From: Candidatus Marinacidobacterium sp.
Lineage (GTDB): Bacteria > Acidobacteriota > Vicinamibacteria > Marinacidobacterales > Marinacidobacteraceae
Reading direction: 5' to 3'
NCBI GenBank assembly: GCA_965204755.1
Contig: OZ242011.1
Location: forward strand, 640,001-704,000
Length of the DNA: 64,000 nt
Shown here: positions 39,369-50,114 of the stretch, piece after piece
Numbering within the stretch: position 1 is the first letter of the stretch
How the letters are laid out: every line of letters starts with the position of its first letter
Made by a program: the position numbers and the translations under genes
The notes under the pieces: model-generated
Databases searched by the model: none
The model's input: the letters and a program-made list of their open reading frames with translations, nothing else
What the model was told of the DNA's origin: nothing

Positions 39369-41267
39369 ATGCGGATCCCCACCCGTTTCCTCGCCGCCGC
39401 CGGCCTCTTCGCCGCGGCGCTCTCGTTCTGCTCCGCCGCCCCCGCGCCGGCGGCCGAGAGCGCCAAGCGGCTCTACGAGACGGCGCGCACCGAGGAGGCG
39501 CGGCTTCGCCAGTCGGCCTCCGCGAAGCGGTCGCGCTCGGCGTGGGCGCGGGTGGGGCAGAAGTACCACGCGGTGGTCCGGGCCTATCCCCGGAGCGGCT
39601 ACTGCGACGACGCGCTCTACTACCAGGGCGGCGTGTACCGGGACGCCGCGGAGCGGTTCGACGACCGGGAACTCGCCGCGAAGGCGCGGGACGCGTTCGC
39701 CCTGCTGAGCCGGGGCTATCCGTCGAGCAAGTGGGCGGCGAAGGCGCTGCTGGAGCAGGTGCGGCTCCACGCCGGGAGGCTCGACGACCCGGCGGCGGCC
39801 CGGCGGGCGGCCGAGCGCCTGAAGCGGCTCGCGCCGGACGCCCCCGAAGCGCGGCTCGCGGCGGAGGCTCTGGCCGGTCCGCCCGCCGCGCCGGCCCGCT
39901 CGCCCGACGAGCCCGAAGACGCGCCCGATGACGGGCCCGACCGGCCGGCGGGCCGGTTGGCGAAGCCGGCGGAGACGCGCCGGGTGGCCGACCGGCCGGC
40001 GGCGTCGGCCCGGAAGGCGCCGGCCCGGCCGTCGAGCGGCGCGGCCGCCGGCAGGACGACCGGAGGGGCGACCGGGACGGTGGACAACATCCGCCACTGG
40101 GTGGGGGAATCGCACACGCGGGTGGTCATCGACCTCAGCCGCGAGGTCCCGTACACCGAGGGGCGGCTGCGGAACCCGGACCGGGTCTTCTTCGACCTGC
40201 GCGGGGCGGTGCTCTCCGAGGAACTCCTCCACCGCGAATTCCCGATCGACGGCTCCCACCTGCAGCGGATCCGGGTCGCGAACCACGACGCCGGCGTGGT
40301 GCGGGTGGTGCTCGACCTGGCGAGCATCCGGGAGATGTCCGTCTTCGGGCTGCCCGACCCCTACCGGCTGGTCATCGACATCCACGGCGCTCCGCTCCGG
40401 GTCGCGCGGGCGGACGGCGCCGCGCCGGCGTCCGGGGAGGCACCCGCCTCCGGGGCGGCGGCAGCGAACGCCGGAAACCCGTCCCCGGAGGACGCGGCCG
40501 CCGCGGCGCCGACGAGCAGCGGCGGGGGGTATTCGCTCGCCCGGCAACTCGGCGCCAATGTGAAGCGCATCGTGGTGGACGCCGGGCACGGCGGGAAGGA
40601 CCCGGGCACCCGGTCCGGGAGCCTCCGCGAGAAGGACATCGTCCTGGACATCGCGAAGCAGGTGGAGAAGGAACTCACCGCCCGGGGCTTCGAGGTGGTC
40701 ATGACCCGGGACGACGACGAGTTCGTGCCGCTGGAAAAGCGCGCCTTCATCGCCAACGACTCCGGCGCCGACCTGTTCCTCTCCATCCACGCGAACGCCG
40801 CGCGGAACAGGCGCGCCCGGGGGCTCGAGACCTTCTACCTGAACCTCGCCGACTCGCCGGAGGCGGAGGAAGTCGCGGCGCGGGAGAACGCCACCGCGAA
40901 TGTGCGGATGGCGGACATGCCGAAACTCATCGAGCAGATCATGAACAACAACCGCATCGAGGAGTCGCGGGAACTCGCCGGCGCCATGCAGCAGAGCATG
41001 GCGATGCGCGTGCTGGGCCGGGAGGAGCACCCCCTGAACCGGGGGGTGAAGACCGCCGGCTTCCATGTCCTGCTCGGCGCGAAGATGCCGGCGATCCTGG
41101 TGGAGGTCGGCTTCGTGAGCAACCGCGCGGAGGCGAAACTCCTGAGGACCGAGCCCCACCGGAAAAAAATCGCCGTCGCCATCGCCGACGGGGTCGCGCG
41201 GTACCTGACCGGACTGGGCCAACCCACCGCGACGACGGCCGCCGGCGCCCCCTCACCGCCGCGGTAG
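39369..41267 (+). CDS. N-acetylmuramoyl-L-alanine amidase (TPR-like + AMIN + Amidase_3)
   Basis: TRVVIDL/RVVLDL (AMIN), DAGHGGKDPG, SIHANA, ILVEVGFVSN. Confidence 0.92.
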   Translation: MRIPTRFLAAAGLFAAALSFCSAAPAPAAESAKRLYETARTEEARLRQSASAKRSRSAWARVGQKYHAVVRAYPRSGYCDDALYYQGGVYRDAAERFDDRELAAKARDAFALLSRGYPSSKWAAKALLEQVRLHAGRLDDPAAARRAAERLKRLAPDAPEARLAAEALAGPPAAPARSPDEPEDAPDDGPDRPAGRLAKPAETRRVADRPAASARKAPARPSSGAAAGRTTGGATGTVDNIRHWVGESHTRVVIDLSREVPYTEGRLRNPDRVFFDLRGAVLSEELLHREFPIDGSHLQRIRVANHDAGVVRVVLDLASIREMSVFGLPDPYRLVIDIHGAPLRVARADGAAPASGEAPASGAAAANAGNPSPEDAAAAAPTSSGGGYSLARQLGANVKRIVVDAGHGGKDPGTRSGSLREKDIVLDIAKQVEKELTARGFEVVMTRDDDEFVPLEKRAFIANDSGADLFLSIHANAARNRRARGLETFYLNLADSPEAEEVAARENATANVRMADMPKLIEQIMNNNRIEESRELAGAMQQSMAMRVLGREEHPLNRGVKTAGFHVLLGAKMPAILVEVGFVSNRAEAKLLRTEPHRKKIAVAIADGVARYLTGLGQPTATTAAGAPSPPR

Positions 41268-41303
41268 GTCGCCTCCGGGCCGCGGCGGCGGCGCGGCGCC
41301 GCG

Positions 41304-41379
<76 letters not shown>

Positions 41380-41523
41380 GCGGGAGCGGGCGCGCGGCCG
41401 CGCGGGCCGGGCGCAGCCGGTTAGTCTCGCACAAGGCGCGGCGGCGCCCCGCCGGCGGGAGGCGGCGTTCCGCGCGCGCCCGGCGCGGATCGCCGCCCCG
41501 GTCAACGCCCCGGAGCGCGCCGG

Positions 41524-42570
41524 CTACGCGCCGGCGGCGTCGGCCTCGGGGGCCTTCGGCGAGATCCCCATCGCCTGCCGCACCTTCCCGGTGATCTCGG
41601 CGAGCAGCGGCTCGTCCTCGAGCAGCCGGTTCCGGACCTTCTCCCGGCCCTGGCCGATCTGTTCGCCGCCGTAGGAGTACCAGGCGCCGCTCTTCTCGAT
41701 GATGCGTTCCTTGACGGCGATGTCCATGAGGTCGCCGATCCGGGAGATCCCCTCGCCGTAGCGGATGTCGAACTCCGCCTGGCGGAACGGCGGCGCGACC
41801 TTGTTCTTCACGATCTTGATCCGGGTGCGGTTCCCGACGGTCACATCGCCGTCCTGGAGTTTCCCGATCCGGCGGATGTCCACCCGCACCGACGAGTAGA
41901 ACTTGAGCGCCCGGCCGCCGGTGGTCACCTCCGGGTTGCCGTAGGAGACGCCGATCTTCTCCCGCAACTGGTTGATGAACACCAGGCAGGTGGAGGACTT
42001 GGAGACGATCCCGGTGAGTTTGCGGAGCGCCTTGGACATGAGCCGCGCCTGCAGCCCGACCTGGGCGTCCCCCATCTCGCCGTCGAGTTCGGCCCGGGGG
42101 ACGAGCGCCGCCACCGAGTCCACGACCACGACATCCACCGAGCCGCTCCGGACCAGCGTCTCCGTGATCTCGAGCGCCTGTTCGCCGTCGTCCGGCTGGG
42201 ACACCAGCAGGTCGTCGATGTTCACGCCGAGCGCCCGGGAGTACACCGGGTCGAGGGCGTGCTCGGCGTCCACGAAGGCGGCGATCCCGCCCCCGTCCTG
42301 GGCGGAGGCCACCACATGGAGCGCCAGGGTGGTCTTGCCGGAGGACTCCGGGCCGTACACCTCGACGACGCGGCCCCGCGGGAAGCCGCCCACGCCGAGC
42401 GCGGCGTCCACCGAGAGCACGCCGGTGGGGATCGCCGAGATGTCCAGGGAGTCGTTGGAGCCGAGCCGCATCACGGCCCCCCGGCCGTGCTGCTTTTCGA
42501 TCTGCTGCAGGGCGATGTCGAGCGCGGAGGCGCCGCGCGCGGCGCCCTTGGCTTTGGTTTCCTTCGGCAT
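41524..42570 (-). CDS. recA: Recombinase A
   Basis: [39 protein letters not shown]. Confidence 0.98.
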   Translation of the reverse strand: MPKETKAKGAARGASALDIALQQIEKQHGRGAVMRLGSNDSLDISAIPTGVLSVDAALGVGGFPRGRVVEVYGPESSGKTTLALHVVASAQDGGGIAAFVDAEHALDPVYSRALGVNIDDLLVSQPDDGEQALEITETLVRSGSVDVVVVDSVAALVPRAELDGEMGDAQVGLQARLMSKALRKLTGIVSKSSTCLVFINQLREKIGVSYGNPEVTTGGRALKFYSSVRVDIRRIGKLQDGDVTVGNRTRIKIVKNKVAPPFRQAEFDIRYGEGISRIGDLMDIAVKERIIEKSGAWYSYGGEQIGQGREKVRNRLLEDEPLLAEITGKVRQAMGISPKAPEADAAGA

Positions 42571-42697
42571 CAGGGTCGGAGCCTCCCGGCTCCCTTGGGG
42601 GTTGGGCCGGCGCCGGTCGGTTCGCTTCCGAACCGGCGGCGCCGGGCAGGCGGAAAACGGCGGAATTCCGGGAGGAACCCCTCCGCTGCCGAATACT

Positions 42698-42712
42698 GAA
42701 CGGATGACGAAC
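42698..42712 (-). promoter_or_regulatory. LexA (SOS) box GTTC-N7-GTTC upstream of recA
   Basis: GAAC-ggatgac-GAAC on the + strand, about 130 bp before the recA ATG. Confidence 0.75.
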
Positions 42713-42872
42713 GATTTCTGCTCGCGAAACCGCCGTTTCGGGCCCGATTTCGGATAAGTCGTCGAAATCGAGCCCCGCTCCGCCCCGCCGGCCGGGAATC
42801 GGCGGGCGCTCCGCGCCGGCGGGCCGGGCCATTCGGGGGCGGCGAGGAACGGACGGGTAACGGACGGGCGCG

Positions 42873-43796
42873 TCAGGCGGAGGCCGCCTCCGCCCCGCCC
42901 CGGTAGTCGTGGAAGCCGCGTCCGGTCTTCCGCCCCAGCCGGCCGGCGTCCACCAACTGCACGAGCAGCGGGGAGGGCCGGTAGCGGGGGTCGCCGTACC
43001 CGGCCTGCAGCACCCGCAGGATGTCCAGCACCACATCCAGCCCGATCAGGTCGGCGAGCGCGAGCGGCCCCATCGGGTGCCGCATCCCCAGTCGCATGAT
43101 GCGGTCGATGTCCTCCGCGGTCCCGACGCCCTCGTGGAGCGCCGAGACCGCCTCGTTGATCATCGGGATGAGCACGCGGTTCGCCACGAACCCGGGCGCG
43201 TCGTTCACCCGGCAGGGCGTCTTGCCGAGCCGGCGGGCCAGCGCCATGGTCGTCTCGCAGGTTGCGTCGGAGGTCCCGAGGCCCCGGATGACTTCGACGA
43301 GTTCCATCATCGGGACCGGGTTCATGAAGTGCATCCCGATGAACCGGTCGGGCCGGCCGGAGGCCGCGCCCAGCCGGGTGATGGAGATGGACGAGGTGTT
43401 GGTCGCGAGGACGGCGGCGTCGGCGAGCAGCGGTTCGAGGTCGGCGTAGAGGGCCCGCTTCAGCGCTTCGTCCTCGACGATCGCTTCCAGGACGAAGCCG
43501 GAATCGGCCGCCGGGTCGAGTTCCGTTCGCGGGGTGATTCGCGCCAGCGCCGCCTGCGCCTCCGCCTCGGTGAGGGTTCCCCGCCGGGCCTGCCGCGCCA
43601 GGTTCTTCTCGACTGCGGCGAGCCCCCGGGCGAGCAACTCCTCGCTGAGGTCGACGAGGCTCACCGCGAACCCGGCGGCGGCGAAGGCGTGGGCGATCCC
43701 GTTGCCCATCGTGCCCGCCCCCACCACGGTGACCGGCCAGGGCGCCGCTCCGCCGGCTTCGAGCGCGCCGGGTTCCGGCGTCTTCGCGTCAGGCAT
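42873..43796 (-). CDS. hbd: 3-hydroxybutyryl-CoA dehydrogenase (several possible in-frame starts)
   Basis: [48 protein letters not shown]. Confidence 0.93.
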   Translation of the reverse strand: MPDAKTPEPGALEAGGAAPWPVTVVGAGTMGNGIAHAFAAAGFAVSLVDLSEELLARGLAAVEKNLARQARRGTLTEAEAQAALARITPRTELDPAADSGFVLEAIVEDEALKRALYADLEPLLADAAVLATNTSSISITRLGAASGRPDRFIGMHFMNPVPMMELVEVIRGLGTSDATCETTMALARRLGKTPCRVNDAPGFVANRVLIPMINEAVSALHEGVGTAEDIDRIMRLGMRHPMGPLALADLIGLDVVLDILRVLQAGYGDPRYRPSPLLVQLVDAGRLGRKTGRGFHDYRGGAEAASA

Positions 43797-45078
43797 CTTC
43801 TTCCCCTCCGGGGGCATTTTCTTCCCCTCCGGGGGCAATTCCTTCCGCTCCGGGGGCAATTCCTTCCCCTCCGGGGGCGACTTCCACCCCCAGGGCGAGG
43901 CCGTTGCCGCCTCCGAGACACAGCGTGGCCACCCCCCGGCCCCCGCCCCGGGCGGCGAGCCGGTGCAGCAGGGTCACCAGGATGCGGGCGCCGCTCGCCC
44001 CGATGGGGTGGCCGAGCGCCACCGCGCCGCCGCTCGGGTTCGTCCGGTCGTCGGGCAGGCCGAGTTCGCGCTTCACCGCGACCGCCTGCGCCGCGAACGC
44101 TTCGTTCAACTCGAAGAGGGCGACTTCGTCGAGCCGCCAGGACAGCCGGTCGAGCAGCGCGCGGACCGCGGGCGCCGGGCTCATCATCACCCACTGCGGG
44201 GCGACTCCGGAAATCGCCTGGCCGACGACCCGGCCCAGCCGGCGGAGGCCGAGCCGGCGCGCCGCCGCGTCGGAAGCCACGACCAGCGCCGCCGCGCCAT
44301 CGTTCATCCCCGGCGCGTTCCCGGCAGTGACCCGGCCGTCCTCCCGGAAGACGGGCCGGAGCGCCGCGAGCCGCTCCTCGGAAGTGTCCGGTCGAACGGC
44401 TTCGTCGCGGCGCACCACCACGGTCTCCTTTCGCCGACGGACTTCCACCGGGACGATTTCCGCCTCGAACTCCCCCGCCTCCGTCGCCCGCGCGGCGCGG
44501 CGGTGGCTCTCGGCGGCGGCGGCGTCCATCTCCTCGCGGCTCACGCCGTACCGGTCGGCGACCCGCTCGGCGGTCTCGCCCATGTGGACCCCGGAGAAGG
44601 CGTCGGTCAGGCCGTCCCGCAGGAGCGCGTCCTCGACCGGCGCGTCGCCCAGCCGGGATCCGCCCCGGAGCGCGCGGAGCAGGTGCGGCGCGTTCGACAT
44701 GGACTCCATGCCCCCGGCGACGACCACCTCCGCGTCCCCGGCGAGGATCGCCTGCCGGGCCAGCATCACCGCCTTGAGGCCGGAACCGCAGACCTTATTG
44801 ACGGTGAACGCGCCTACCGTCTCCGGCAGGCCGGCGCCGAGGGCGGCCTGGCGCGCCGGGTTCTGCCCGGCCCCGGCGGTCAGGACCTGGCCGAGGACCG
44901 CTTCGTCCACTTCCTTCGGGTCGGCCCCGGCCCGGGCGACCGCCTCCTTCACCACCAGGGCGCCGAGTTCCGTCGCCGGGAGCGGAGCGAGGGCGCCGCG
45001 GAACCGCCCGACCGGCGTGCGCGCGGCGGAGCAGATCCACACCGGCGGCGCGGCGGCGGAGGCGGCGGTCGCTGACAC
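43789..45078 (-). CDS. Acetyl-CoA C-acetyltransferase (thiolase)
   Basis: [33 protein letters not shown]. Confidence 0.95.
   Translation of the reverse strand: MSATAASAAAPPVWICSAARTPVGRFRGALAPLPATELGALVVKEAVARAGADPKEVDEAVLGQVLTAGAGQNPARQAALGAGLPETVGAFTVNKVCGSGLKAVMLARQAILAGDAEVVVAGGMESMSNAPHLLRALRGGSRLGDAPVEDALLRDGLTDAFSGVHMGETAERVADRYGVSREEMDAAAAESHRRAARATEAGEFEAEIVPVEVRRRKETVVVRRDEAVRPDTSEERLAALRPVFREDGRVTAGNAPGMNDGAAALVVASDAAARRLGLRRLGRVVGQAISGVAPQWVMMSPAPAVRALLDRLSWRLDEVALFELNEAFAAQAVAVKRELGLPDDRTNPSGGAVALGHPIGASGARILVTLLHRLAARGGGRGVATLCLGGGNGLALGVEVAPGGEGIAPGAEGIAPGGEENAPGGEEDA
43792..43880. repeat. About four 21-bp tandem repeats at the thiolase/hbd junction
   Basis: ggca..t.cttcc.ctccggg units. 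Confidence 0.85.
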
Positions 45079-45133
45079 GGTGCGGGGCAGGAGGAGGGGG
45101 ATCGGGGCGCGGGGAGGATCGCCGCGGACGGCG

Positions 45134-45706
45134 TCAGTTGTTCCCGGCGGGCAGGGAAGCGGTCGGTTGGGAATTCGTTTGGGAAATCGGCCGGGCCGCG
45201 GCCCCCGCCTCTCCGCCGGGACCGGCGGGAGACCGCTTCGCGGGAAAGACCACCCGGAGCCGAAGCGGCGCCCCGGGAAGGCGGCAGGCGGTCAGCAACG
45301 CCCGGCAGAGCGGCTTCCGCGCCCGGGCCAGCGCCGCGGCCGCCTTCCGGTCACGGGCGCGGAGGGTGACCACGCCCCGGTCGAACGCGACGGGAAACGC
45401 CGCGTCGGCGAGATCGGGGAACTCGGGCGCCAGCGCGTCCCGCCACACCTCGCGAAGCAACTCCAGGTCGAGCAGCCGCCCGAGGAAGGCGCCCGGCAAG
45501 GCGGTCGAGAGCAACTCGCCGACCGCCACCGGATCCCGCCGCCCGGGCCCGGGCCCGCGGGCGCCGGCGACTCCGGCCGCCGCCCGCCCCTGAGGCCGCG
45601 CCCGCCGGGCGGGCGGCGGCGCTGACCGCCGGGCTGACCGCCGGGCTGACCGCCGGGCTGACCGCCGGTGAGACGCCGAAATAAGGACCCTCGTTTCCCG
45701 TTTCAC
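45134..45706 (-). CDS. DciA/DUF721-like protein (start uncertain)
   Basis: PVAVGELL...LREVWRDAL...PVAFDRGVVTLRA pattern. Confidence 0.55.
   Translation of the reverse strand: MKRETRVLISASHRRSARRSARRSARRSAPPPARRARPQGRAAAGVAGARGPGPGRRDPVAVGELLSTALPGAFLGRLLDLELLREVWRDALAPEFPDLADAAFPVAFDRGVVTLRARDRKAAAALARARKPLCRALLTACRLPGAPLRLRVVFPAKRSPAGPGGEAGAAARPISQTNSQPTASLPAGNN
45620..45669. repeat. 12-bp tandem repeat, four copies
   Basis: gctgaccgccgg x4. Confidence 0.9.
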
Positions 45707-45851
45707 CGAACGGCGGGATCGTATCGCGGCCCGCGCCGCGCGCCGACTCCCGCCGGGAGGGCCGGCCGGGCGGGGCGCGCGGGGCGGCTGGTATAGTCGC
45801 GGGCTCGCTGAAACCCTGACTTGGAGGGTCCGTCCCTCCGAACCGGAGGGA

Positions 45852-46568
45852 ATGGCCATGTCACCAAAAAGGACTCCCGGCGCTCCGCCGCCTCCGGCGG
45901 AGACCGAACCACCCGCCGGTTTCGAGCGCCCAGTCGGTTCCGCTGCCGGCGAGACCCCGGGCGAGACGCCGAGCGCGTTTTCGCGCCGGGCGTTCCTCCG
46001 GGGCAGCGCCGCCGCCGGAGCGGTCTCGAGCGGCCTCCTCCCGACCTTCGCCGACTCGGCGGAGGCGCAGGATGGGGCGGAGATCGCCGGGCCGGGGCCG
46101 GTGGACATGGCGTTCCGGATCAACGGCAAGGCGCATGTCGCCACCATCGAGCCCCGGGTCACGCTCCTCGACGCGCTCCGGAACCACCTCGACCTCACCG
46201 GGTCGAAGAAGGTGTGCGACCGGGGAACCTGCGGCGCCTGCACCGTGCTGGTGAACGGCCAGCCGATGTACGCCTGCTCCGTGCTCGCCATCGAGGCCCA
46301 GGGGCAGGAGATCACCACGGTCGAAGGGCTGGGCAGCCCGCAGGACATGCACCCGATCCAGCAGGCGTTCGTGGACCACGACGCCCAGCAGTGCGGTTTC
46401 TGCACCCCGGGTTTCGTGGTGGCCTGCGCCGCGCTGCTCGACCGTCATCCGAACCCGGACCGGGACACCGTGCACCGGGAACTCGGCGGCAACCTCTGCC
46501 GCTGCGGCACCTACGCCGGAGTCCGCGCGGCGGTGGCCCAGGCCGCCGGAGGAGGGGCCCATGCCTGA
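45852..46568 (+). CDS. Molybdoenzyme [2Fe-2S] subunit (PaoA/YagT-like) with Tat signal
   Basis: SRRAFLRG; CDRGTCGAC, QCGFCTPG, NLCRCG; TGgTATAGT -10 at about 45789-45797. Confidence 0.92.
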   Translation: MAMSPKRTPGAPPPPAETEPPAGFERPVGSAAGETPGETPSAFSRRAFLRGSAAAGAVSSGLLPTFADSAEAQDGAEIAGPGPVDMAFRINGKAHVATIEPRVTLLDALRNHLDLTGSKKVCDRGTCGACTVLVNGQPMYACSVLAIEAQGQEITTVEGLGSPQDMHPIQQAFVDHDAQQCGFCTPGFVVACAALLDRHPNPDRDTVHRELGGNLCRCGTYAGVRAAVAQAAGGGAHA

Positions 46569-48687
46569 GTACACCTGGCCGGCGGCTTCCGACCGCCGAC
46601 TCATCGGCTCCCGGCTGAGCCGGCTGGACGGCCCGGTCAAGTCCACCGGGAAGGCGAAGTACGCCTACGACATCAACCGGCGCGGAATGCTCTGGGCGAC
46701 GATGGTCCAGAGCCCGCACGCCCACGCCCGCATCACCGCGATCGACACCTCGGCCGCGGAGGCGACGCCCGGCGTGGTGAAGGTCCACCTCATCCAGGAG
46801 GTGGGCGCCGAGATCCAGTGGGCGCACGACGAGATCGTGGCGGTGGCCGCGACCTCGGAAGAAGCGGCCCGCGACGGCGCGGCGGCGGTGGTCGTCGAGT
46901 ACGAGGTCCTGCCGCACTTCGTGGACGAGCGGCGGGTGGACGACGCCCCCGAAGCCCAGGCGGCGCAGGCGGAGACCACCGGCGACCCGGATGCGGCGCT
47001 CGCCGGGGCGGCCAGCCGGTCGAAGGGCTCGTACCACGCGGCGCAGATCGCCCACTGCTCCCTCGAGGCCCACGGCCAGGTCGCGGAGTGGCAGGACGAC
47101 GAGACGGTGACCGTGTGGGCTTCGACCCAGGCGATCTCCGGAGTCGCGTCCCAACTCGGGGAGGCGGTCGGGATCCCGGCCTCGAATGTCCAGGTCGAGA
47201 CCCAGTACATGGGCGGCGGCTTCGGCAGCAAGTTCAGCGCCGACCGCTGGGGCGTGGTCGGGGTGGAACTCGCCCGGATGACCGGCCGCCCGGTCAAGTT
47301 GATGCTCGACCGGAACCAGGAGGTCAGCGTCGCCGGCGCCCGGCCTTCGACCCACTCCGAGGTCGAAGCCGGCGCGGACTCGGGCGGACGGATCGTCGCC
47401 TGGAAGTCGAAGAGTTGGGGTTCGGGAGGGCCGGCCGGCGCCGGTTCGCCGCCGATCCCCTATGTCTTCGGGTTCGAGAACCAGACGCACGCGCATGTTT
47501 CGGTGCCGACGAACACCGGCCCGGCGCGCGCCTGGCGGGCGCCGAACCACCCGCAGGCCTGCTTCGTCACCATGCGGGCGCTCGACGACCTCGCCCACGC
47601 GGCCGGCATGGACCCGCTGGACTTCTTCCTGGAGAACATCGACCAGACCGGCGAGCGGGCGCAGGTGTACGCCGACGAACTGGAGAAGGGCGCCGAACTC
47701 ATGGGCTGGCGGGAGCGCTTCCGGCCCCGGGGCTCCTCCTCGGGCGCGGTTCGCTCCGGCCTCGGGCTCGCCATCCACACCTGGGGCGGAAGAGGCCACC
47801 GAAGCAACTGCGAGGTGCTCGCCTACCGGGACGGCTTGGTGGAGGCCCGGATCGGCAGCCAGGACCTGGGAACCGGGACCCGCACGGTGATCGGGATGGT
47901 CCTGGCCGAGACCTTCGGCCTCCCCATCGAGGGGGTGAAGGTGACGATGGGCCGCAGCGTGCTGCCGGCCTCCGGGGCGTCCGGGGGCAGCACCACCGTC
48001 GGCGGCGTCAGCGGCTCCACCCGGCGCGCGGCGCTGAACGCCGCCGAGGCGGTGTTCGAGCGGATCGCCCCCGCACTGGGGACCGAGCCCGGCAACCTCT
48101 CGCTCGCCGACGGCCGCCTCCACTTCGCGGACGGCTCGCGGGAGGCGATGCCCTGGCGCGAAGCCGCGGCGCTCATCGGGGTGAACCCGGTGTCCGCGAC
48201 CGGCGCCAATCCCGGGCCGGGGCAACTCACCGACAGCGGCGTCGGCGGCATCCAGATGGCCGATGTGAGCGTGGACCTGGAGACCGGCGTGGTCAGCGTC
48301 AACCGGCTGGTGGCCGTCCAGGACTGCGGGCTGGTGCTCGACCTGAAGACCGCCGAGAGCCAGGTGTACGGGGCGCTCATCATGGGCGTCACCTACGCCC
48401 TCACCGAGGAGCGCATCTTCGATCCGCACACCGGCCGGATGCTGAACGCCGAGATGGAGTTCTACAAGTTGGCCGGGATCGCCGATGTGGGCGAGATGAT
48501 CGTCCACATGATGACCGGCCCCGGCTACGACGAACGCGGCGTGATCGGGCTGGGCGAGCCCCCGGTGATCGCGCCGGGCGCCGCCATCGCCAACGCGGCC
48601 ACGAACGCCGCCGGCGTTCCGATCAACGAGATGCCGATGACCCCGGAGCGCGTGCTCGCCGCGCTCCGGGCGGGAGGAATGGCCTGA
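46561..48687 (+). CDS. Xanthine dehydrogenase-family molybdopterin-binding subunit
   Basis: SPHAHARI, MGGGFGSK, WRAP, QDLGTG, GGSTT, GLGEP. Confidence 0.93.
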   Translation: MPEYTWPAASDRRLIGSRLSRLDGPVKSTGKAKYAYDINRRGMLWATMVQSPHAHARITAIDTSAAEATPGVVKVHLIQEVGAEIQWAHDEIVAVAATSEEAARDGAAAVVVEYEVLPHFVDERRVDDAPEAQAAQAETTGDPDAALAGAASRSKGSYHAAQIAHCSLEAHGQVAEWQDDETVTVWASTQAISGVASQLGEAVGIPASNVQVETQYMGGGFGSKFSADRWGVVGVELARMTGRPVKLMLDRNQEVSVAGARPSTHSEVEAGADSGGRIVAWKSKSWGSGGPAGAGSPPIPYVFGFENQTHAHVSVPTNTGPARAWRAPNHPQACFVTMRALDDLAHAAGMDPLDFFLENIDQTGERAQVYADELEKGAELMGWRERFRPRGSSSGAVRSGLGLAIHTWGGRGHRSNCEVLAYRDGLVEARIGSQDLGTGTRTVIGMVLAETFGLPIEGVKVTMGRSVLPASGASGGSTTVGGVSGSTRRAALNAAEAVFERIAPALGTEPGNLSLADGRLHFADGSREAMPWREAAALIGVNPVSATGANPGPGQLTDSGVGGIQMADVSVDLETGVVSVNRLVAVQDCGLVLDLKTAESQVYGALIMGVTYALTEERIFDPHTGRMLNAEMEFYKLAGIADVGEMIVHMMTGPGYDERGVIGLGEPPVIAPGAAIANAATNAAGVPINEMPMTPERVLAALRAGGMA

Positions 48688-49637
48688 TGCGCGCCTTCGA
48701 GTACGGAAGCCCCAAGACCGTCGCCCAGGCGGTCGAACTCCTCTCCGTCGAGGGGGCGGCGGCGCTCGGCGGAGGCACCGACCTGCTCAGCCTGATGAAG
48801 GACGGGGCGGCGGCGCCCTCCCGCCTCGTGAACCTGAAGGGGATCGCCGAACTCGCCGGCGCCCACCGGACCGCGGAGGGACTGCACATCGGCGCGACGA
48901 CGCGCCTCGGACCGCTCGCGGACAACGGGGCCGTCCGGGAGTCGTACCCGGCGGTCGCGCAGGCGGTCGAGGCCATCGGCAGCCGCCAGATCCTCATGAT
49001 GCGCACCGTCGGCGGCGACCTCTGCCACCGGCCGCGGTGCTGGTACTTCCGCGCCGGGTTCGGGCTGGTCCCGATGTTCGAGGGCCGCTCGATGGCGAAG
49101 ACCGGCGACAACCGCTACCACGCGGTGTTCGGCAACGACGGGGACGCGGTGTTCGTGAGCCCGTCCACCTTGGCCCCGCCGCTGATCGCCCTCGGCGCCT
49201 CGGTCACCGTGGCCGGGCCGGACGGCGAGCGGACCCTGCCGCTCGAAGACCTCTACCGGACGCCGATGACCGGCGACGAGAGCGAGTTCACTCTGGGAGC
49301 GGCGGAGATCGTCACCGGGGTGACGATTCCGGAGGGGGCGTCGCAAAACGCCACCTACGCGGTCAAGAACCGCCAGGGCTTCGACTGGCCGCTGGCGACC
49401 GCTTCGGTTTCGGTGTCCGGCGGCTCCGCGCGGGTCGTCCTCGGGCAGGTGGCGCCCGTTCCGTGGCGGAGCGCTCCCGCGGCGGCCGCCCTCGCCGGCG
49501 GGCTGAGCGAAGCCTCGGCGGCGGCGGCCGGCGCCGCGGCGGCCGGCGAGGCGACCGCGCTCTCCGGCAACGGCTACAAGATCCAACTGGCGGAGGTCGC
49601 GGTGAAACGCGCCGCCCTCGCCGCCTTGGAGGGCTAG
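48687..49637 (+). CDS. Molybdoenzyme FAD-binding subunit (PaoB/YagS-like)
   Basis: LGGGTDL, RTVGGDLCHRPRCWYFR, VAPVPWR, NGYK. Confidence 0.92.
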   Translation: MRAFEYGSPKTVAQAVELLSVEGAAALGGGTDLLSLMKDGAAAPSRLVNLKGIAELAGAHRTAEGLHIGATTRLGPLADNGAVRESYPAVAQAVEAIGSRQILMMRTVGGDLCHRPRCWYFRAGFGLVPMFEGRSMAKTGDNRYHAVFGNDGDAVFVSPSTLAPPLIALGASVTVAGPDGERTLPLEDLYRTPMTGDESEFTLGAAEIVTGVTIPEGASQNATYAVKNRQGFDWPLATASVSVSGGSARVVLGQVAPVPWRSAPAAAALAGGLSEASAAAAGAAAAGEATALSGNGYKIQLAEVAVKRAALAALEG

Positions 49638-49642
49638 AGGCG

Positions 49643-49930
49643 ATGGCCAAGAACACGACGACTCTCCCGGCCGCCGGCGCCGCGGCCGGCGCGAAGAGCG
49701 GCGTCCCCGGCGCCGCCGGACGCGCCGCCCACGCGATGTGCCACCGGCTCCGCTCGAAGGCCATGTACATGGATGTGGAGTACGACCCGAGCGTGCCCGG
49801 CGGCATCCCGGGCGACGGCTACTTCTGGTGCACCCACACGCAGAACTGCCTCGGCCCGGACGGGCGGGTGGCGACTCGCGAGCAGTGCAGCGAGGACGCC
49901 GGCCGCCCCTGCTTTGAGCGCGCCTACTGA
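49643..49930 (+). CDS. Small Cys-rich hypothetical protein
   Basis: CHRLRSKAMY...YFWCTHTQNCLGPDG...C...RPCF; SD-like GAGG, 5 nt after the FAD subunit. Confidence 0.8.
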   Translation: MAKNTTTLPAAGAAAGAKSGVPGAAGRAAHAMCHRLRSKAMYMDVEYDPSVPGGIPGDGYFWCTHTQNCLGPDGRVATREQCSEDAGRPCFERAY

Positions 49931-50114
49931 CCCTTCGCGGGCGGTCTTCCGCCCGCGCGCGGTCGTCCGCCGCCCGCCCCGGCGCGGCGGCGGGGAGTCC
50001 GGCCGGCGGTTGCTAGACTTGGCCGCCGGGCCGCGCCGCTCCGTCGCCGCCCTGCCCCTGCCCCTGACCCTGACCTCTGACCCTCTCGTCCCGATTCCCA
50101 GGAGTTCCCCCGCG

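Noticed and set aside
45134-46405. 423-aa minus-strand ORF as a single gene
   Set aside because: Its 5' part is antisense to the 2Fe-2S subunit gene; only the 3' DciA-like part looks coding.
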